From Candidatus Collierbacteria bacterium (GTDB taxonomy: Bacteria; Patescibacteriota; Microgenomatia; UBA1400; JACPES01), in NCBI GenBank assembly GCA_016183365.1, contig JACPES010000003.1, forward strand, positions 345,154-409,153: a stretch of DNA of 64,000 nt. The letters run 5' to 3'. Under the pieces are notes generated by a model. That model was not told the origin of the DNA. It did no database searches and saw only the letters and a list, made by a program, of their open reading frames with translations. Each line of letters begins with the position of its first letter. The stretch's first letter is position 1. Of this stretch, positions 44,495 through 55,312 are shown piece after piece. The translations under genes were made by a program, and so were the position numbers.

Positions 44495-45438
44495 AAAAAA
44501 TCGTGCTCATTTCGGGGGTCGGCGGCTCTCTCTTTCCATACTTTATTGAAAAGTTAGAAAAGAAATATCGTCTGGTGTTAATTGACTCAAATGACGTTGT
44601 CAAACACACATATCCAAACTCCAACATTATTGTCGTTCCTTCAGTCAAGGACCCGCAATATAGAACGGTCATAGATAAACTGATCAGAAATCTTCACGTT
44701 GACTACTATATTCCTTTAATTGATGAAGAGATTCTTCAGGCAATCGAAATTGCCAAAACCCAGCGAAATCTTAAACTTATTGCTCCCAACCAATCATTCG
44801 TTCAATTGTGTCTTGATAAATTTCGTCTCATGAAGAAATTAACACAGCTTCAAATCTCCCAAGTTTTGACATGGAGAGCAGACAGGGGGCCAGCAAGGCT
44901 TTCTTTTCCAGTCTTCCTCAAGCCGATCACTTCGCGCGGCAGTCGAGGGGCGCGACGCATCGATAATATGGAGCAACTCCAAGCTTACTTCTTATTTGAG
45001 TCATATTCCAAGTATGACGTTATGATTCAAGAGTATCTCGAGGGAGAGGAATACACGGTGAGCGTCGCCGTCAATAATCTCAATCATTTAATCGCCATTG
45101 TCCCTAAACAAGTGATTCTCAAGAAGGGGATTACGTTGCATGCCGTTACCAGGAAAAATGAAATTATATCAGCGATATGCCGTGTCATCGTTGACAAACT
45201 GAAACCTTACGGTCCATTCAATGTTCAACTGAAAGTTTGTAAAGACCAAGTGAAAATCTTTGAAGTGAATCCCAGGTTTTCTACAACCTCGGTGCTAACC
45301 TGCGAAGCTGGCGTCAACGAATTTGACTTATGTATGAAACTATATGGGAAAACAAGTATCAAAGAGATAGACTCTTATCAGGAAGGATTATTCCTTTACC
45401 GCCGTTGGGAAAATTGTTTCTATGAGCTTAAACCGTAA
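44491..45438 (+). CDS. ATP-grasp protein (CarB-like)
   Basis: IPLIDEE, CLDK, FLKPITSRGSRG, QEYLEGEEYTV, FEVNPRFS. Confidence 0.88.
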   Translation: MKKIVLISGVGGSLFPYFIEKLEKKYRLVLIDSNDVVKHTYPNSNIIVVPSVKDPQYRTVIDKLIRNLHVDYYIPLIDEEILQAIEIAKTQRNLKLIAPNQSFVQLCLDKFRLMKKLTQLQISQVLTWRADRGPARLSFPVFLKPITSRGSRGARRIDNMEQLQAYFLFESYSKYDVMIQEYLEGEEYTVSVAVNNLNHLIAIVPKQVILKKGITLHAVTRKNEIISAICRVIVDKLKPYGPFNVQLKVCKDQVKIFEVNPRFSTTSVLTCEAGVNEFDLCMKLYGKTSIKEIDSYQEGLFLYRRWENCFYELKP

Positions 45439-46327
45439 AAAAATTCTTCTGGTTGGCGGTACCGGTTACATAGGTACTGCGCTTGCGAAAGAATTGCATG
45501 ATGACTATGCAGTTGTTGTTACCGGAAGAACTATTGGTAACCGGAAGACCGGATTAATGCTCCGCCTTGATTTTTCTAACGAAAAAAGCGTGGAAGAAGT
45601 TCTTTCAAGTGAACGCTTCGATATCATTATTGTTTTAGCCGCGCGCATAGAGATTTCTCACCCCCGCGAATTGGATTTTCAAGATCCTATTTTTCAAGAC
45701 AATGTATGGGGACTCAATCGGTTTTTGCGCCGGGCTTGTTTTTTGCAAAAGCAAGCAAAGCAGATTTTTATTAGTTCGATGACTGTTTATGCTTCCGATC
45801 TCAAAAGTCCGGTTTCGGAAAATGCTCCACTTTATCCGCTTCATCCCTATGGACTATCGAAGTTGATGGGGGAACAAATTTTTAGTTACTACGTTGTTAA
45901 CCACGATCACAGCGGTGTGATTTTTAGACTTCCGGGAATTTTTGGCGGTAACAGAAAAACCGGGTATTTATACCATCTTGTGAACAAGCTTCACACGTCT
46001 CAAGATATCATTCTTGACTCCGCCGGACTTGGATTTTGGGAAAGTTTGCATCTATATGATTTCGTAAACATGTTTGGGGAATTTCTCCGTAATTATTCAT
46101 TTTCTTCAAAACTTGAAGTGTTCAACATGGGTTACGGGGAAGAGACAGATTTCATTAAAACCGCTCATACGCTCAAAATGCTCACCGGATCATCAAGCCG
46201 AATCATTGTCAAACCAAAAGATTATCGAAAATTTTTTATGAGCAACCGGAAGATCGCGCGTTATGTAAATGTAGAGAAATACTCTTATCATCAGGCGTTG
46301 AAACAATTACTTAAGGAACAAAAATGA
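45422..46327 (+). CDS. NAD-dependent epimerase/dehydratase (SDR)
   Basis: GGTGYIG, ISSMTVY, YGLSK. Confidence 0.85.
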   Translation: MSLNRKKILLVGGTGYIGTALAKELHDDYAVVVTGRTIGNRKTGLMLRLDFSNEKSVEEVLSSERFDIIIVLAARIEISHPRELDFQDPIFQDNVWGLNRFLRRACFLQKQAKQIFISSMTVYASDLKSPVSENAPLYPLHPYGLSKLMGEQIFSYYVVNHDHSGVIFRLPGIFGGNRKTGYLYHLVNKLHTSQDIILDSAGLGFWESLHLYDFVNMFGEFLRNYSFSSKLEVFNMGYGEETDFIKTAHTLKMLTGSSSRIIVKPKDYRKFFMSNRKIARYVNVEKYSYHQALKQLLKEQK

Positions 46328-47058
46328 AATTTGTGATTGGAGATATCCATGGAGAGATAACAAAATTGAAACAGCTTGTCAGCCAAATGTCGCGGTATCC
46401 CATTGAAGAGCTTTTCTTCGTTGGTGACTATTTGGATAAGGGGGAAAATTCCAAAGCAACTCTTTTATTTCTGCAAGAAATAGCGACACATTTCCGATGC
46501 ACGTTTCTTCAAGGAGATCACGAGTATGCCTGGCTTCGATTCCTTAAGTGCGGCGAATATGAACAATTCTTATTGCGTTACGGTGGAAAGACAACAATGA
46601 GAGACTTTGGCATTACCGACCTCGAACCAAAGATTGTTGAAAAAAAGCTTTATTTGCCATTTCAACATTTCTTTCAGCGGCTCCGACCCTATGTGGTGCT
46701 AAATGAATTTATTGTCTCCCACTCCGGCATCAATCCGACCTTTGCTACTCGGCCGCGGTGGGAAAGTCTGGGGGAAAAAGAGTTTGTGTTTCGGCGATTT
46801 GACTTCATTGGGTATGATAAGCTGGTGAAAGCGAGAAAGTTTATCTTTGGACATACCGCGTTCGTTTCTCCTTACTACGACGGGTGGAAAATCGGCATTG
46901 ATACTGGTGCTGTTTATCCACGCAGTGGAATCCTGACGGCGTTTGAGATAAACAAAGAGTATTTTCTGGACCATCAAGGATATACTATGAATCTATCCGA
47001 CATTAACTCTTCCGCTTGTCCGATCCTTGTCAATGTGGGAGAACAGAATGATGAATAA
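46324..47058 (+). CDS. Calcineurin-like metallophosphoesterase
   Basis: GDIHG, GDYLDKG, GDHE, SHSG, FGHT, IDTG. Confidence 0.9.
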   Translation: MKFVIGDIHGEITKLKQLVSQMSRYPIEELFFVGDYLDKGENSKATLLFLQEIATHFRCTFLQGDHEYAWLRFLKCGEYEQFLLRYGGKTTMRDFGITDLEPKIVEKKLYLPFQHFFQRLRPYVVLNEFIVSHSGINPTFATRPRWESLGEKEFVFRRFDFIGYDKLVKARKFIFGHTAFVSPYYDGWKIGIDTGAVYPRSGILTAFEINKEYFLDHQGYTMNLSDINSSACPILVNVGEQNDE

Positions 47059-47740
47059 GATAGCTAGAGAAACTACTTTGATTGTTGCTGCCCATCCTGA
47101 TGATGAAATACTTGGAATGGGTGGAACGCTATTGAAATTAGCCCAATCCGGCCAGAATAATCTTCATCTTCTCTTTCTGTCTTTTGGAGAAGCCTCGCGA
47201 GGTAAAAAAGAAACAAATGAAGATTTAAGAAAACAGCAAGCTATAGCGGTTAGTAAAAAAATCGGCGCCCGTCTTCATCTAGAAGAAAACTTTCCCGACA
47301 ATGCCTTTGATTCCGTTCCGCTTCTTAAAATCATTCAGAAAGTGGAATATTACCTTAACATCATTAAACCCACGATTATTTATACCCACCATGGACAGGA
47401 TTTGAATGTGGATCATCGCCTGACTTTCCAGGCGGTATTTACTGCGGTCAGACCTTCGCGATATCCCTATCTCAAGAAACTTTATACGTTTGAGATTCTT
47501 TCATCTACTGAATGGCAAGTTAAAACATCCTCGACAGTTTTTCTTCCCAACACCTATGTTGATATTGAGCGATACCTTGAACCCAAAATCGAGTTGTTAA
47601 AAGAATACCAAAGAGAACTTTCGCCTTACCCTTTCCCCAGATCTGTGCAAGGGGTTAAAGCGTTGGCACAGTACCGAGGAATGGAAAGCGGATTAAAATA
47701 CGCCGAAGCATTTCAGTTGATTCGAGAGGTGCGGCCATGA
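47048..47740 (+). CDS. PIG-L/LmbE family N-deacetylase
   Basis: AHPDDEILG, DLNVDH, SSTEW, AEAF. Confidence 0.92.
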   Translation: MMNKIARETTLIVAAHPDDEILGMGGTLLKLAQSGQNNLHLLFLSFGEASRGKKETNEDLRKQQAIAVSKKIGARLHLEENFPDNAFDSVPLLKIIQKVEYYLNIIKPTIIYTHHGQDLNVDHRLTFQAVFTAVRPSRYPYLKKLYTFEILSSTEWQVKTSSTVFLPNTYVDIERYLEPKIELLKEYQRELSPYPFPRSVQGVKALAQYRGMESGLKYAEAFQLIREVRP

Positions 47741-48261
47741 AAGTTATTTTCTATGGGGGGCAAACCGCTGGCCTTGTAGTTTTCCTGGGTCTTGCGGCTC
47801 AACCGGATGTTCATATTGTCAGGGTAATTCCCCAAGATGACATTCTTGCCGGAGCGGCGAAAATTTTGCATTATAAAACAGATGATCTGGATAAATTGGA
47901 CGATATCTTGTATATCAAGAAACTCTCGAAAACCGCAGACGCAATGATTTGCTGTCATGGTCGCAAAATTCTAAAGAAAGAATTGACAGACTCCATACGC
48001 TGTATTAATTTTCATCCTTGTCTTTACAAATATAAAGGGGCTTTTCCTATTAAGAAACTTTTGGAAAATAAGGATACTAAAGCCTCTGTTGGTGCTCACT
48101 TCATGACCGAACGTGTTGATAAAGGGCCCCTTATTAAAGAAATTTTCATTAATCTTGATCAAAAAAAGATGAACAGCGAATGTGAAGTATACAACCAACT
48201 CTACCCAGTTTATTTAGAAGTATTGCAGGAGGCATTATTAGTATTACGGAAAGTTTTATGA
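47737..48261 (+). CDS. Formyltransferase (N-terminal domain only)
   Basis: INFHP..YKGAFPI, AHFMTERVDKGP. Confidence 0.8.
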   Translation: MKVIFYGGQTAGLVVFLGLAAQPDVHIVRVIPQDDILAGAAKILHYKTDDLDKLDDILYIKKLSKTADAMICCHGRKILKKELTDSIRCINFHPCLYKYKGAFPIKKLLENKDTKASVGAHFMTERVDKGPLIKEIFINLDQKKMNSECEVYNQLYPVYLEVLQEALLVLRKVL

Positions 48262-49415
48262 AGTATTGTCGTCGCTGTGTTTTCCCAGATACAAAACCCG
48301 ACCTTTTTTTTGATAAAGAGGGAATTTGCGACGCTTGCCGCTCGAGCGAAAAAAAAGATCAGGGTATTGATTGGGAGGCCAGAAAACAAGAACTTGGAGC
48401 ATTGTTGGAGAAATACCGTTCCAAGGACGGATCAAATTACGACTGTATTATTCCCGTTAGCGGCGGTAAGGATAGCCATTATCAAACATATGTGGTCACT
48501 AAACTATTTCATCTTCGGCCGCTATGCGTTTGTTTTGAGCCGACGCTACCAACTGCGCTGGGAAGAAAAAATTTGCGTAATCTAAACCGCCTCGGCGTTG
48601 ATCTTTTACATATTAAGAGAGATCCTGTTGTTTATAAAAAATTGGTTATCGAGGGTCTTCGGCGCGTTGGGGATAATGAATGGCCTAACCATGTGGGAAT
48701 TTTTACTACGCCGGTTCAAATTGCGGTAAAATTTAATATTCCGCTTTTAATCTGGGGGGAAAATCCTCAAATAGAATATGGAGGTCCTGCTCGCGGACGG
48801 GTCGCCAAGATTCTAGACCGGAGATGGTTGGAGGAATTTGGGGGGTTGTTGGGGAACCGAGTGGAAGACATGAGAGAGAGTCTGGGGCTTAGCCGGCAAG
48901 AGATGCTGCCATATTTTTATCCCTCCGATCAGGCGCTGAAAAATGTTGGCGTTACCGGAGTATTTTTGGGATATTTTTTAAAATGGAATACCAGAGCTCA
49001 AATAGAATTGATGAAGAAATCAGGCTTTCAAACTCACCCCACTCATGTTGAAGGCACATACACCGATTTTGAGAATCTGGATTGTGACTCGATGACGGTC
49101 CACGATTATCTAAAGTTTGTCAAATACGGCTTTGGCCGGGGAACGGACCACGCCTGTCTGGACATTCGTTTAGGGCTTATCGCCAGAAAAAAAGGTGTTC
49201 GTTTAGTGGAGGAGTATGACGGGAAGTTGCCGCAAAAATCCATGAATCGGTTGCTTGATTATTTGGGATGGTCAAGGGAAGAATTTTTTAAAACGATTGA
49301 CCCTTTTGTAAATAAGATTGTTTTTGCTTTTAACTCAAATGGCCGCCCGAAACGCGCTTCTGATGGAAATCTCATTATGAAGAAAGAAATTATTGAAGCC
49401 AGAAGACGCCCATGA
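48258..49415 (+). CDS. N-acetyl sugar amidotransferase (WbpG/PseA/AglX-like)
   Basis: CRRCVFPDTKP, PP-loop PVSGGKDS, WGEN, HDYLKFVKYGFGR. Confidence 0.92.
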   Translation: MKYCRRCVFPDTKPDLFFDKEGICDACRSSEKKDQGIDWEARKQELGALLEKYRSKDGSNYDCIIPVSGGKDSHYQTYVVTKLFHLRPLCVCFEPTLPTALGRKNLRNLNRLGVDLLHIKRDPVVYKKLVIEGLRRVGDNEWPNHVGIFTTPVQIAVKFNIPLLIWGENPQIEYGGPARGRVAKILDRRWLEEFGGLLGNRVEDMRESLGLSRQEMLPYFYPSDQALKNVGVTGVFLGYFLKWNTRAQIELMKKSGFQTHPTHVEGTYTDFENLDCDSMTVHDYLKFVKYGFGRGTDHACLDIRLGLIARKKGVRLVEEYDGKLPQKSMNRLLDYLGWSREEFFKTIDPFVNKIVFAFNSNGRPKRASDGNLIMKKEIIEARRRP

Positions 49416-50026
49416 AACCTCGCGTCGCGATCGTGGATTACGAAATGGGAAATGTTTTTTCCCTTAAGAACGCCCTGGAATACTGCGGGGCGTTAGCGTT
49501 AGTAACTCGAAAACCCGATGAACTTCGTAGGGCCACCCACCTGGTTCTTCCCGGTGATGGGGCCTTCAGGACCGGAATGGAAAATCTTAAAAGATTTGGC
49601 CTGATTCCGATATTGGAAGAAGAGGTCCTTAAAAAGAAAAGACCGTTTTTAGGAATTTGCATCGGAATGCAGCTTTTGGCTCAAGAAGGAACCGAAGACG
49701 GCATCTGGGAAGGATTGGGGTGGGTAAAAGGGAAAATCGTAAAGCTGAAAGGACATTCGCTGCGTTTGCCCCACGTCGGTTGGGACGATATTACTTACAA
49801 AGAGAACTGCTATTTATTTTCGGGAATTCCACAACAGGCAGATTTTTACTTCATTCACAGCTTTTGTTTCGTCTGCAAAGAACGGCAAGACGTTATTGCT
49901 TCCTGCCGTTATGGGCAAAACTTCGCGGCGGCTATAGAAAAACAAAATATTTTTGGAACCCAGTTTCATCCAGAAAAGAGTCAGACTTACGGACTTAAAT
50001 TACTGAAAAATTTTATCTCATGTTAA
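49412..50026 (+). CDS. hisH: Glutamine amidotransferase subunit, HisH paralog
   Basis: DYEMGN, LPGDG, GICIGMQ, PHVGW, QFHPEKS. Confidence 0.93.
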   Translation: MKPRVAIVDYEMGNVFSLKNALEYCGALALVTRKPDELRRATHLVLPGDGAFRTGMENLKRFGLIPILEEEVLKKKRPFLGICIGMQLLAQEGTEDGIWEGLGWVKGKIVKLKGHSLRLPHVGWDDITYKENCYLFSGIPQQADFYFIHSFCFVCKERQDVIASCRYGQNFAAAIEKQNIFGTQFHPEKSQTYGLKLLKNFISC

Positions 50027-50781
50027 AAACTCGTGTCATTCCCGTTTTGTTGTATCAACAAGGGCGATTGGTGAAAAGCATCCGTTTCAAAGAGCATCGG
50101 AATTTAGGAAATCCTATTCAAACCGTAAGAATTTATAACGCCAGAAACGTCGATGAATTAGTTATTCTTGATATAACCAAAACGCCGGCAGGAAAGGAAC
50201 CCGAGTATAAAATGATAAAGGAAATGGCCAGGGAATGCTTTATGCCGCTGGCCGTCGGGGGAGGAGTGCGATCCCTATCGATTGCCAGGAAACTTTTTTT
50301 ATCCGGCGCGGATAAGATATGTCTAAATTCAGCTGCGATTGAAAATTCCGGACTGATAGGAAAAATTTCCAGAATGTTCGGAAGCCAAAGCGTCATTGTC
50401 TCCATTGATGCGAAAAAAAGAAACAATCACCGGTATGAGGTTATTACTCGATGTGGAACCCTACCGACAGGACTGGATTCGGTGGAATGGGCGAAAGAAG
50501 CAGAGCGTCGAGGGGCCGGGGAAATTTTCTTAACCTCGATTGACTGCGAAGGGGCGATGCAGGGATTCGATCTTGAATTGATCCGAAATATCTCTACAGC
50601 CGTAACCATTCCGGTGATTGCCCATGGGGGAGCCGGAACCCCGTTGGATTGTGTCGAAGCAATTGGGGCGGGCGCGTCTGCGATAGCCGCGGCCAGCATT
50701 TTTCACTACACTCACGCGACTCCTCAAGTGGTTAAACAGGAGCTTAAAGCTGCCGGATATCCGACAAGAAATAAATTATGA
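50020..50781 (+). CDS. hisF: HisF-like cyclase-fold subunit (HisF2/AglZ-type)
   Basis: [35 protein letters not shown]. Confidence 0.92.
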   Translation: MLKTRVIPVLLYQQGRLVKSIRFKEHRNLGNPIQTVRIYNARNVDELVILDITKTPAGKEPEYKMIKEMARECFMPLAVGGGVRSLSIARKLFLSGADKICLNSAAIENSGLIGKISRMFGSQSVIVSIDAKKRNNHRYEVITRCGTLPTGLDSVEWAKEAERRGAGEIFLTSIDCEGAMQGFDLELIRNISTAVTIPVIAHGGAGTPLDCVEAIGAGASAIAAASIFHYTHATPQVVKQELKAAGYPTRNKL

Positions 50782-52664
50782 ACCACCTTTTTTTTGTAAC
50801 TACTGAAAAAGAAGCAGAAGAAACTTTTCGCCGCATTACCCTATTGGCAAAAAGTGATCAATGGGTTGTCGTCAGCAATAGTCCCATTGCCAACCGCCTG
50901 CTGGAAAATTACCGTATTCCATTCTATGACAGCGGGGTATTCTTTCCCCGAGGAAAAATATTGCGCAGACATCAGATTCGTCTAGCCCGGTATACTAAAA
51001 TCTGGGCTAAAGAAGCCGGAATTAATAAATCTCTTCGGTATGGCTCATATCAGCTCGACGAAATCGTCAGCTATAGTTTAAATCTGCATCTTTCTGAAAT
51101 TGAGCACTCGCTTCTTACCGCCAAAAATATTATTGATCGATTCAAACCAAACACTATTCATGTCAGCGCCCGTTGGACGGAGTTACCATACCGGCTATAT
51201 CAATCGGAGATGCTCAATCTTGAAAATCCGGCGCTTTATTCTCTTTGCCGTTTACAAAGAATTCCAGTTCAAAAATTTATCGATACTAAACTTTCGCTTA
51301 GATACTGGTGGGATACGTTTTTAGTTGCCACTCGACCTATTTTTGGTTTTGGCCGCGATTGTTTTAAACGATTAAACCTGATAGAAAGAAAATTGCCCAG
51401 ATTGGCCCCACTGGTGATATTCGCTCATTATTACCATTTAACCAGTCTCATCCCATTTTTGCAATCTTGTCAAAAAAACAAGATCAATTTTTCGTTGGTC
51501 GGCAAAACGTCTCCAGAGCAAAAAGCTGATGCCAAAAAACATCAAATTCTATTCCTTCCCTTGGAACAACTTCTCGAGCAAACGGCAAAATCCCCTGTTG
51601 TTTTTCTGACACATATCATGAAGTTCTGGTGGCTTTGGACTCGCTCCGAGTCCCGACTCCGCAAGGTGTTCTCCTCTTTCCATCCGTTATATTGGCTATT
51701 AGTCCGAGAAAAATTAAAACATTTGTTTCTGGTAGAATTTCCTCGAATTATTAGTCATCTTGATTTGGGATATGCCTTGTTTTCCCAACCGGGAGTGAAA
51801 GTGATGTTGACTATGGCCAGCGCCGATGTTCTAAGCCGTAGCTATACCGGCGCCGCGGCTGCGAATGGTAAAACTGTCATAGAACTGCAGCATGGCTTCT
51901 TGGTGTTCGATGAAGAATATCCATTTCGGTTTCACCATATCCATGCGGTTTGGGGGCCTGCCCTGAGAAAGCTGATGAAGAAAGCGCCGTTTCCGCCATC
52001 GAAATTAAAAGTGACCGGATTTCCCCTGTTCGATAAGTATCAAAAACCATTTGCTCAATTAAAAATGAGACAAAAAGGCCGGTTATTAATTGGGATTAAG
52101 CCATCGGACAGAGTAATACTTATTCTGGCCGTTTTTCCGATTGCGGCTGATCGCTTGCTTGCCAGAACCTCACCTTATCAATTTTTGACTTTGATTAACA
52201 AAGCGCTTCGGCAGACTAAAAAACATTGGACAATTATTTTTCGTCCTCATCCTTCCGTAGACGCCCAATGGGTAAGGAATTTCCCTTTTTCTCCTTTGGT
52301 TAAATTAATCTATGATTCTCGGCAATTTCCTCAAGATCAAATTATTGCCGCCAGCGATATTGTCGTCGGGAATTTCACTACAGCCCTTATTAATGCCATT
52401 GCAATGAGAAAGCCGATATTACTTTATCCATTTAGCGACCCCGCGGCGGTGAAACTAATGTCTCATCCGATTGTAACCACCAAAGCCGTTAGCCCTTTTC
52501 ATTCTCAAGCCCAACTTGTTTCGCTTCTGACTAGCGTTTTCTCCGATCAGAAATATCGCTCCGCCATGAGGCGGGGCCAACAGCAATTTCTCAAAAAATA
52601 CTGCGGGTTTTCCCGAACCAGCGCTGCTGACAATTTGATTACTCTTTTAAAACAATATTACTAG
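50778..52664 (+). CDS. GT-B-fold surface-carbohydrate transferase-like protein
   Basis: LQHG, VWG, VTGFPLFD, RPHPS, KPI. Confidence 0.55.
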   Translation: MNHLFFVTTEKEAEETFRRITLLAKSDQWVVVSNSPIANRLLENYRIPFYDSGVFFPRGKILRRHQIRLARYTKIWAKEAGINKSLRYGSYQLDEIVSYSLNLHLSEIEHSLLTAKNIIDRFKPNTIHVSARWTELPYRLYQSEMLNLENPALYSLCRLQRIPVQKFIDTKLSLRYWWDTFLVATRPIFGFGRDCFKRLNLIERKLPRLAPLVIFAHYYHLTSLIPFLQSCQKNKINFSLVGKTSPEQKADAKKHQILFLPLEQLLEQTAKSPVVFLTHIMKFWWLWTRSESRLRKVFSSFHPLYWLLVREKLKHLFLVEFPRIISHLDLGYALFSQPGVKVMLTMASADVLSRSYTGAAAANGKTVIELQHGFLVFDEEYPFRFHHIHAVWGPALRKLMKKAPFPPSKLKVTGFPLFDKYQKPFAQLKMRQKGRLLIGIKPSDRVILILAVFPIAADRLLARTSPYQFLTLINKALRQTKKHWTIIFRPHPSVDAQWVRNFPFSPLVKLIYDSRQFPQDQIIAASDIVVGNFTTALINAIAMRKPILLYPFSDPAAVKLMSHPIVTTKAVSPFHSQAQLVSLLTSVFSDQKYRSAMRRGQQQFLKKYCGFSRTSAADNLITLLKQYY

Positions 52665-52669
52665 CAAGA

Positions 52670-54508
52670 TCAACAACAAGATATTTTGGCAGAGATATAC
52701 TCCATGATTCGTTGGCTGGACTTACCATCAAGTTTGTAACAAAAATCTTGAATGAATGAATCTTGATATTTGGTAAGCATATTTGGGTTGGAGATGAAGC
52801 TATTAATTGCCGGAATCAGCTCGTCAAGCGAATAGACTCCGAGAGCCGCTTTACTGGTTGCATAGGGTTCGTAATCGCGGAAATCATGGATGTTTAGGTA
52901 AATCAAGGGTTTGTGAACGAGGATGGTTCGGATTCCGGCCGAGGTAGATTGAGCGATGATAATATCGTGTTGATTGATGAGTTGGTTGGTATCTTTTTGG
53001 CTCCAGCGCAGAGGATAATTAACCATTGGTTGTGTCAATGTAACTAATTGGGAATGATTTTCAGAGGGGTGAGATTTGAGCGTCACGCGGATATTTCGCG
53101 TTTTTAATTGATTCAGTTCCCGAAAGACGTCGAATAGGATTTCTTGATTTGGAAACTGGATGAATGGATTATACGCGGAGAGAATAAGAATGCTGATTTC
53201 CTTTTTATCCATCAACGATTTGCGAGTAGAATTTCCTTTTTTGGCTTTGTAAATATAAGAGTCAAAATCCGGATGTCCGGTAACAACGCAATTAAGCCGC
53301 GGGAAATCCTTTTCCATAATCCGTTTCTGAAAATTTCCCCAAACAAAAAGTGTATCAGTTTCCTCAAAGAAAAAGTCGCAAAACGTGTTTCCCTGGGCAT
53401 CATGAATCATCAGAGTATAAGGAATGTTTTTTCTCTTGGCGAAAAACATGAGGGCGGTGTTGAAAGGATCCATATTATTAGAGGCAAGAATGAAGTTGAA
53501 TGGTTGTTGCCGATAGTGCCGGCTGATGAAACGATAGTTTTTGGTTAACTCATTGATAAATACTGATGTGCAATATGCAAGGTATGGCCCGATCATCTGC
53601 CAGAGAGAAATGTTCAGTTTTCGTTCAAAAAATTTTTCTTTTATTTTCTTAGGAAGAAAAAGAAATCTCAAAAAAACGTGAGTCGTCAGAAAAATACTTG
53701 AGGAAAAATCAGAGAGAGACAGCGATCGGTTGATAGTATTTAGATTGATAAATGACATATTGGCTTTCTTGAAAGTTTGTTGTTGTGAGACGCTTAATTT
53801 TCCCACCGGAACGAAGGCCCACTTTTTTTTAAACCGGTGAATCAACGGAATCATATTTATGAGCATATGGAGAGAAGCGGAAATAAGCACTGTCGGGGTG
53901 GTCTTTTTGCTATCCCTTATCGATGATCTTGTGTAAGTTACCGATCGGATTCCATTAATGATTGCTTCCACTATATTTTTTACAAACAGTGTTTTTAATT
54001 CGAGATAGTGATGATAACGCTGAAATATTAATAGTGTTATAGAAATATTTCGTTGTTTAGCACGACCAATCAATACTTGCCGCAGCAAACTAAATTCTTG
54101 ATTATGCGTTTTCTGCAGCAGCGGCTCATAGAGTGTATCTGACGCATAAATCACCGTGGGATGATAAATATTCAAGATGCGTTCGACAATATTTTTGCTC
54201 CTCACAATGTCAAGAAGAAAATATTTAAGCGCTTGATGAATAGGAAAGCGATAGTCAATTTTTTGTTTTAAGATTTTCGAGACCGCGGGTTGGTTGACGA
54301 ACTGTTCAGAGATCGAGAACGCTTTGGCCAATTCGGCTTTTGTCCTCTTAAGGTCCATGAATCGGCTCAACCGTTGGTAGGGGATATGCTGCCGTTCAAG
54401 GTACGTGAACGTATCGACCCCGTCGGCGATTATTCGAATCCCTTTCATCGGATGCCTAGACATGAATTGCTCGGCATCTTGCTGGTTTAACAACAATGCA
54501 ATGTTCAT
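52670..54508 (-). CDS. GT-B-fold surface-carbohydrate transferase-like protein, paralog of 50778
   Basis: VWG, VTGHPDFD, KSHPSE, KPLI, DGKSSQRI. Confidence 0.55.
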   Translation of the reverse strand: MNIALLLNQQDAEQFMSRHPMKGIRIIADGVDTFTYLERQHIPYQRLSRFMDLKRTKAELAKAFSISEQFVNQPAVSKILKQKIDYRFPIHQALKYFLLDIVRSKNIVERILNIYHPTVIYASDTLYEPLLQKTHNQEFSLLRQVLIGRAKQRNISITLLIFQRYHHYLELKTLFVKNIVEAIINGIRSVTYTRSSIRDSKKTTPTVLISASLHMLINMIPLIHRFKKKWAFVPVGKLSVSQQQTFKKANMSFINLNTINRSLSLSDFSSSIFLTTHVFLRFLFLPKKIKEKFFERKLNISLWQMIGPYLAYCTSVFINELTKNYRFISRHYRQQPFNFILASNNMDPFNTALMFFAKRKNIPYTLMIHDAQGNTFCDFFFEETDTLFVWGNFQKRIMEKDFPRLNCVVTGHPDFDSYIYKAKKGNSTRKSLMDKKEISILILSAYNPFIQFPNQEILFDVFRELNQLKTRNIRVTLKSHPSENHSQLVTLTQPMVNYPLRWSQKDTNQLINQHDIIIAQSTSAGIRTILVHKPLIYLNIHDFRDYEPYATSKAALGVYSLDELIPAINSFISNPNMLTKYQDSFIQDFCYKLDGKSSQRIMEYISAKISCC

Positions 54509-54538
54509 TGGTATCTGTCCAATGCTATAGTATAAACC

Positions 54539-55312
54539 GTGGTCAAGGGAAAAAAGATCGTTGCAACTATTGAAGCGCGGATGGCGTCCACCCGTCTTCC
54601 CGGCAAAATTATGTTTCCGTTTGCGGGAAAGCCGGATTTAGAGATGATGATTGAGCGCGTCAAACGCGCTTCGCTACTAGATGAAGTTGTGGTGGCTACG
54701 ACCACAAATCCAAAAGACGATACGATCGCGACGTTATGCCGTCGGCTTCAAGTTTCGCATTACCGCGGAAGCGAAGAAGATGTTTTAAAGCGGTTAGTCG
54801 AAACAGGTAAATCGGTTAATGCTGACATCATTGTGGAAACAACTTCCGACTGTCCGGTGATTGATTGGCGCCATATCGACTATCTTGTCAATCTATTTTT
54901 CTCGGGGAAATATGATTATGTTTCAAACATTATTGAGCGATCATTTCCGCGCGGATTCGACACCCAAGTTCTCTCGCTGAAAGTTTTAGAAAAAGTTGAA
55001 CGCGTCGCCAAAGACCATGCGTATCGGGAACATCCGACGTTTTACATTTATACCCACCCAAAGGAATTTCGGCTCAAAAACTGGAAAGCGGAAGGAAAAA
55101 TGTTTTGGCCGGATCTGCGGGTGACGCTTGACACGAAAGAAGATTATCGGGTGTTGAGCGAGATTTTCGATCACCTCTATCCGGTTAATCCTGATTTTTC
55201 GGCGGAAGACGTTGTTGACTTTTTGCGGCAACATCCGGAAATTGTCAGAATCAATTCGGAAGTGACACAGAAAAATCCTCATAAGGAGTTAAGACGTGAT
55301 AAGAAAATATAG
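54539..55312 (+). CDS. spsF: SpsF/PseF-type cytidylyltransferase
   Basis: EARMASTRLPGK, RGSEEDVLKR, TSDCP, REHPT, RVTLDTKED. Confidence 0.88.
   Translation: MVKGKKIVATIEARMASTRLPGKIMFPFAGKPDLEMMIERVKRASLLDEVVVATTTNPKDDTIATLCRRLQVSHYRGSEEDVLKRLVETGKSVNADIIVETTSDCPVIDWRHIDYLVNLFFSGKYDYVSNIIERSFPRGFDTQVLSLKVLEKVERVAKDHAYREHPTFYIYTHPKEFRLKNWKAEGKMFWPDLRVTLDTKEDYRVLSEIFDHLYPVNPDFSAEDVVDFLRQHPEIVRINSEVTQKNPHKELRRDKKI

Noticed and set aside
3991-47047. Longer upstream starts in the ORF track (3991, 4617, 15328, 26427, 30204, 37779, 47027)
   Set aside because: Downstream ATGs match the domain starts or stop-start overlaps better.
49412-50781. hisH/hisF as histidine biosynthesis genes
   Set aside because: No other his genes are present; coupling to an N-acetyl-sugar amidotransferase is the known glycan-modification context.
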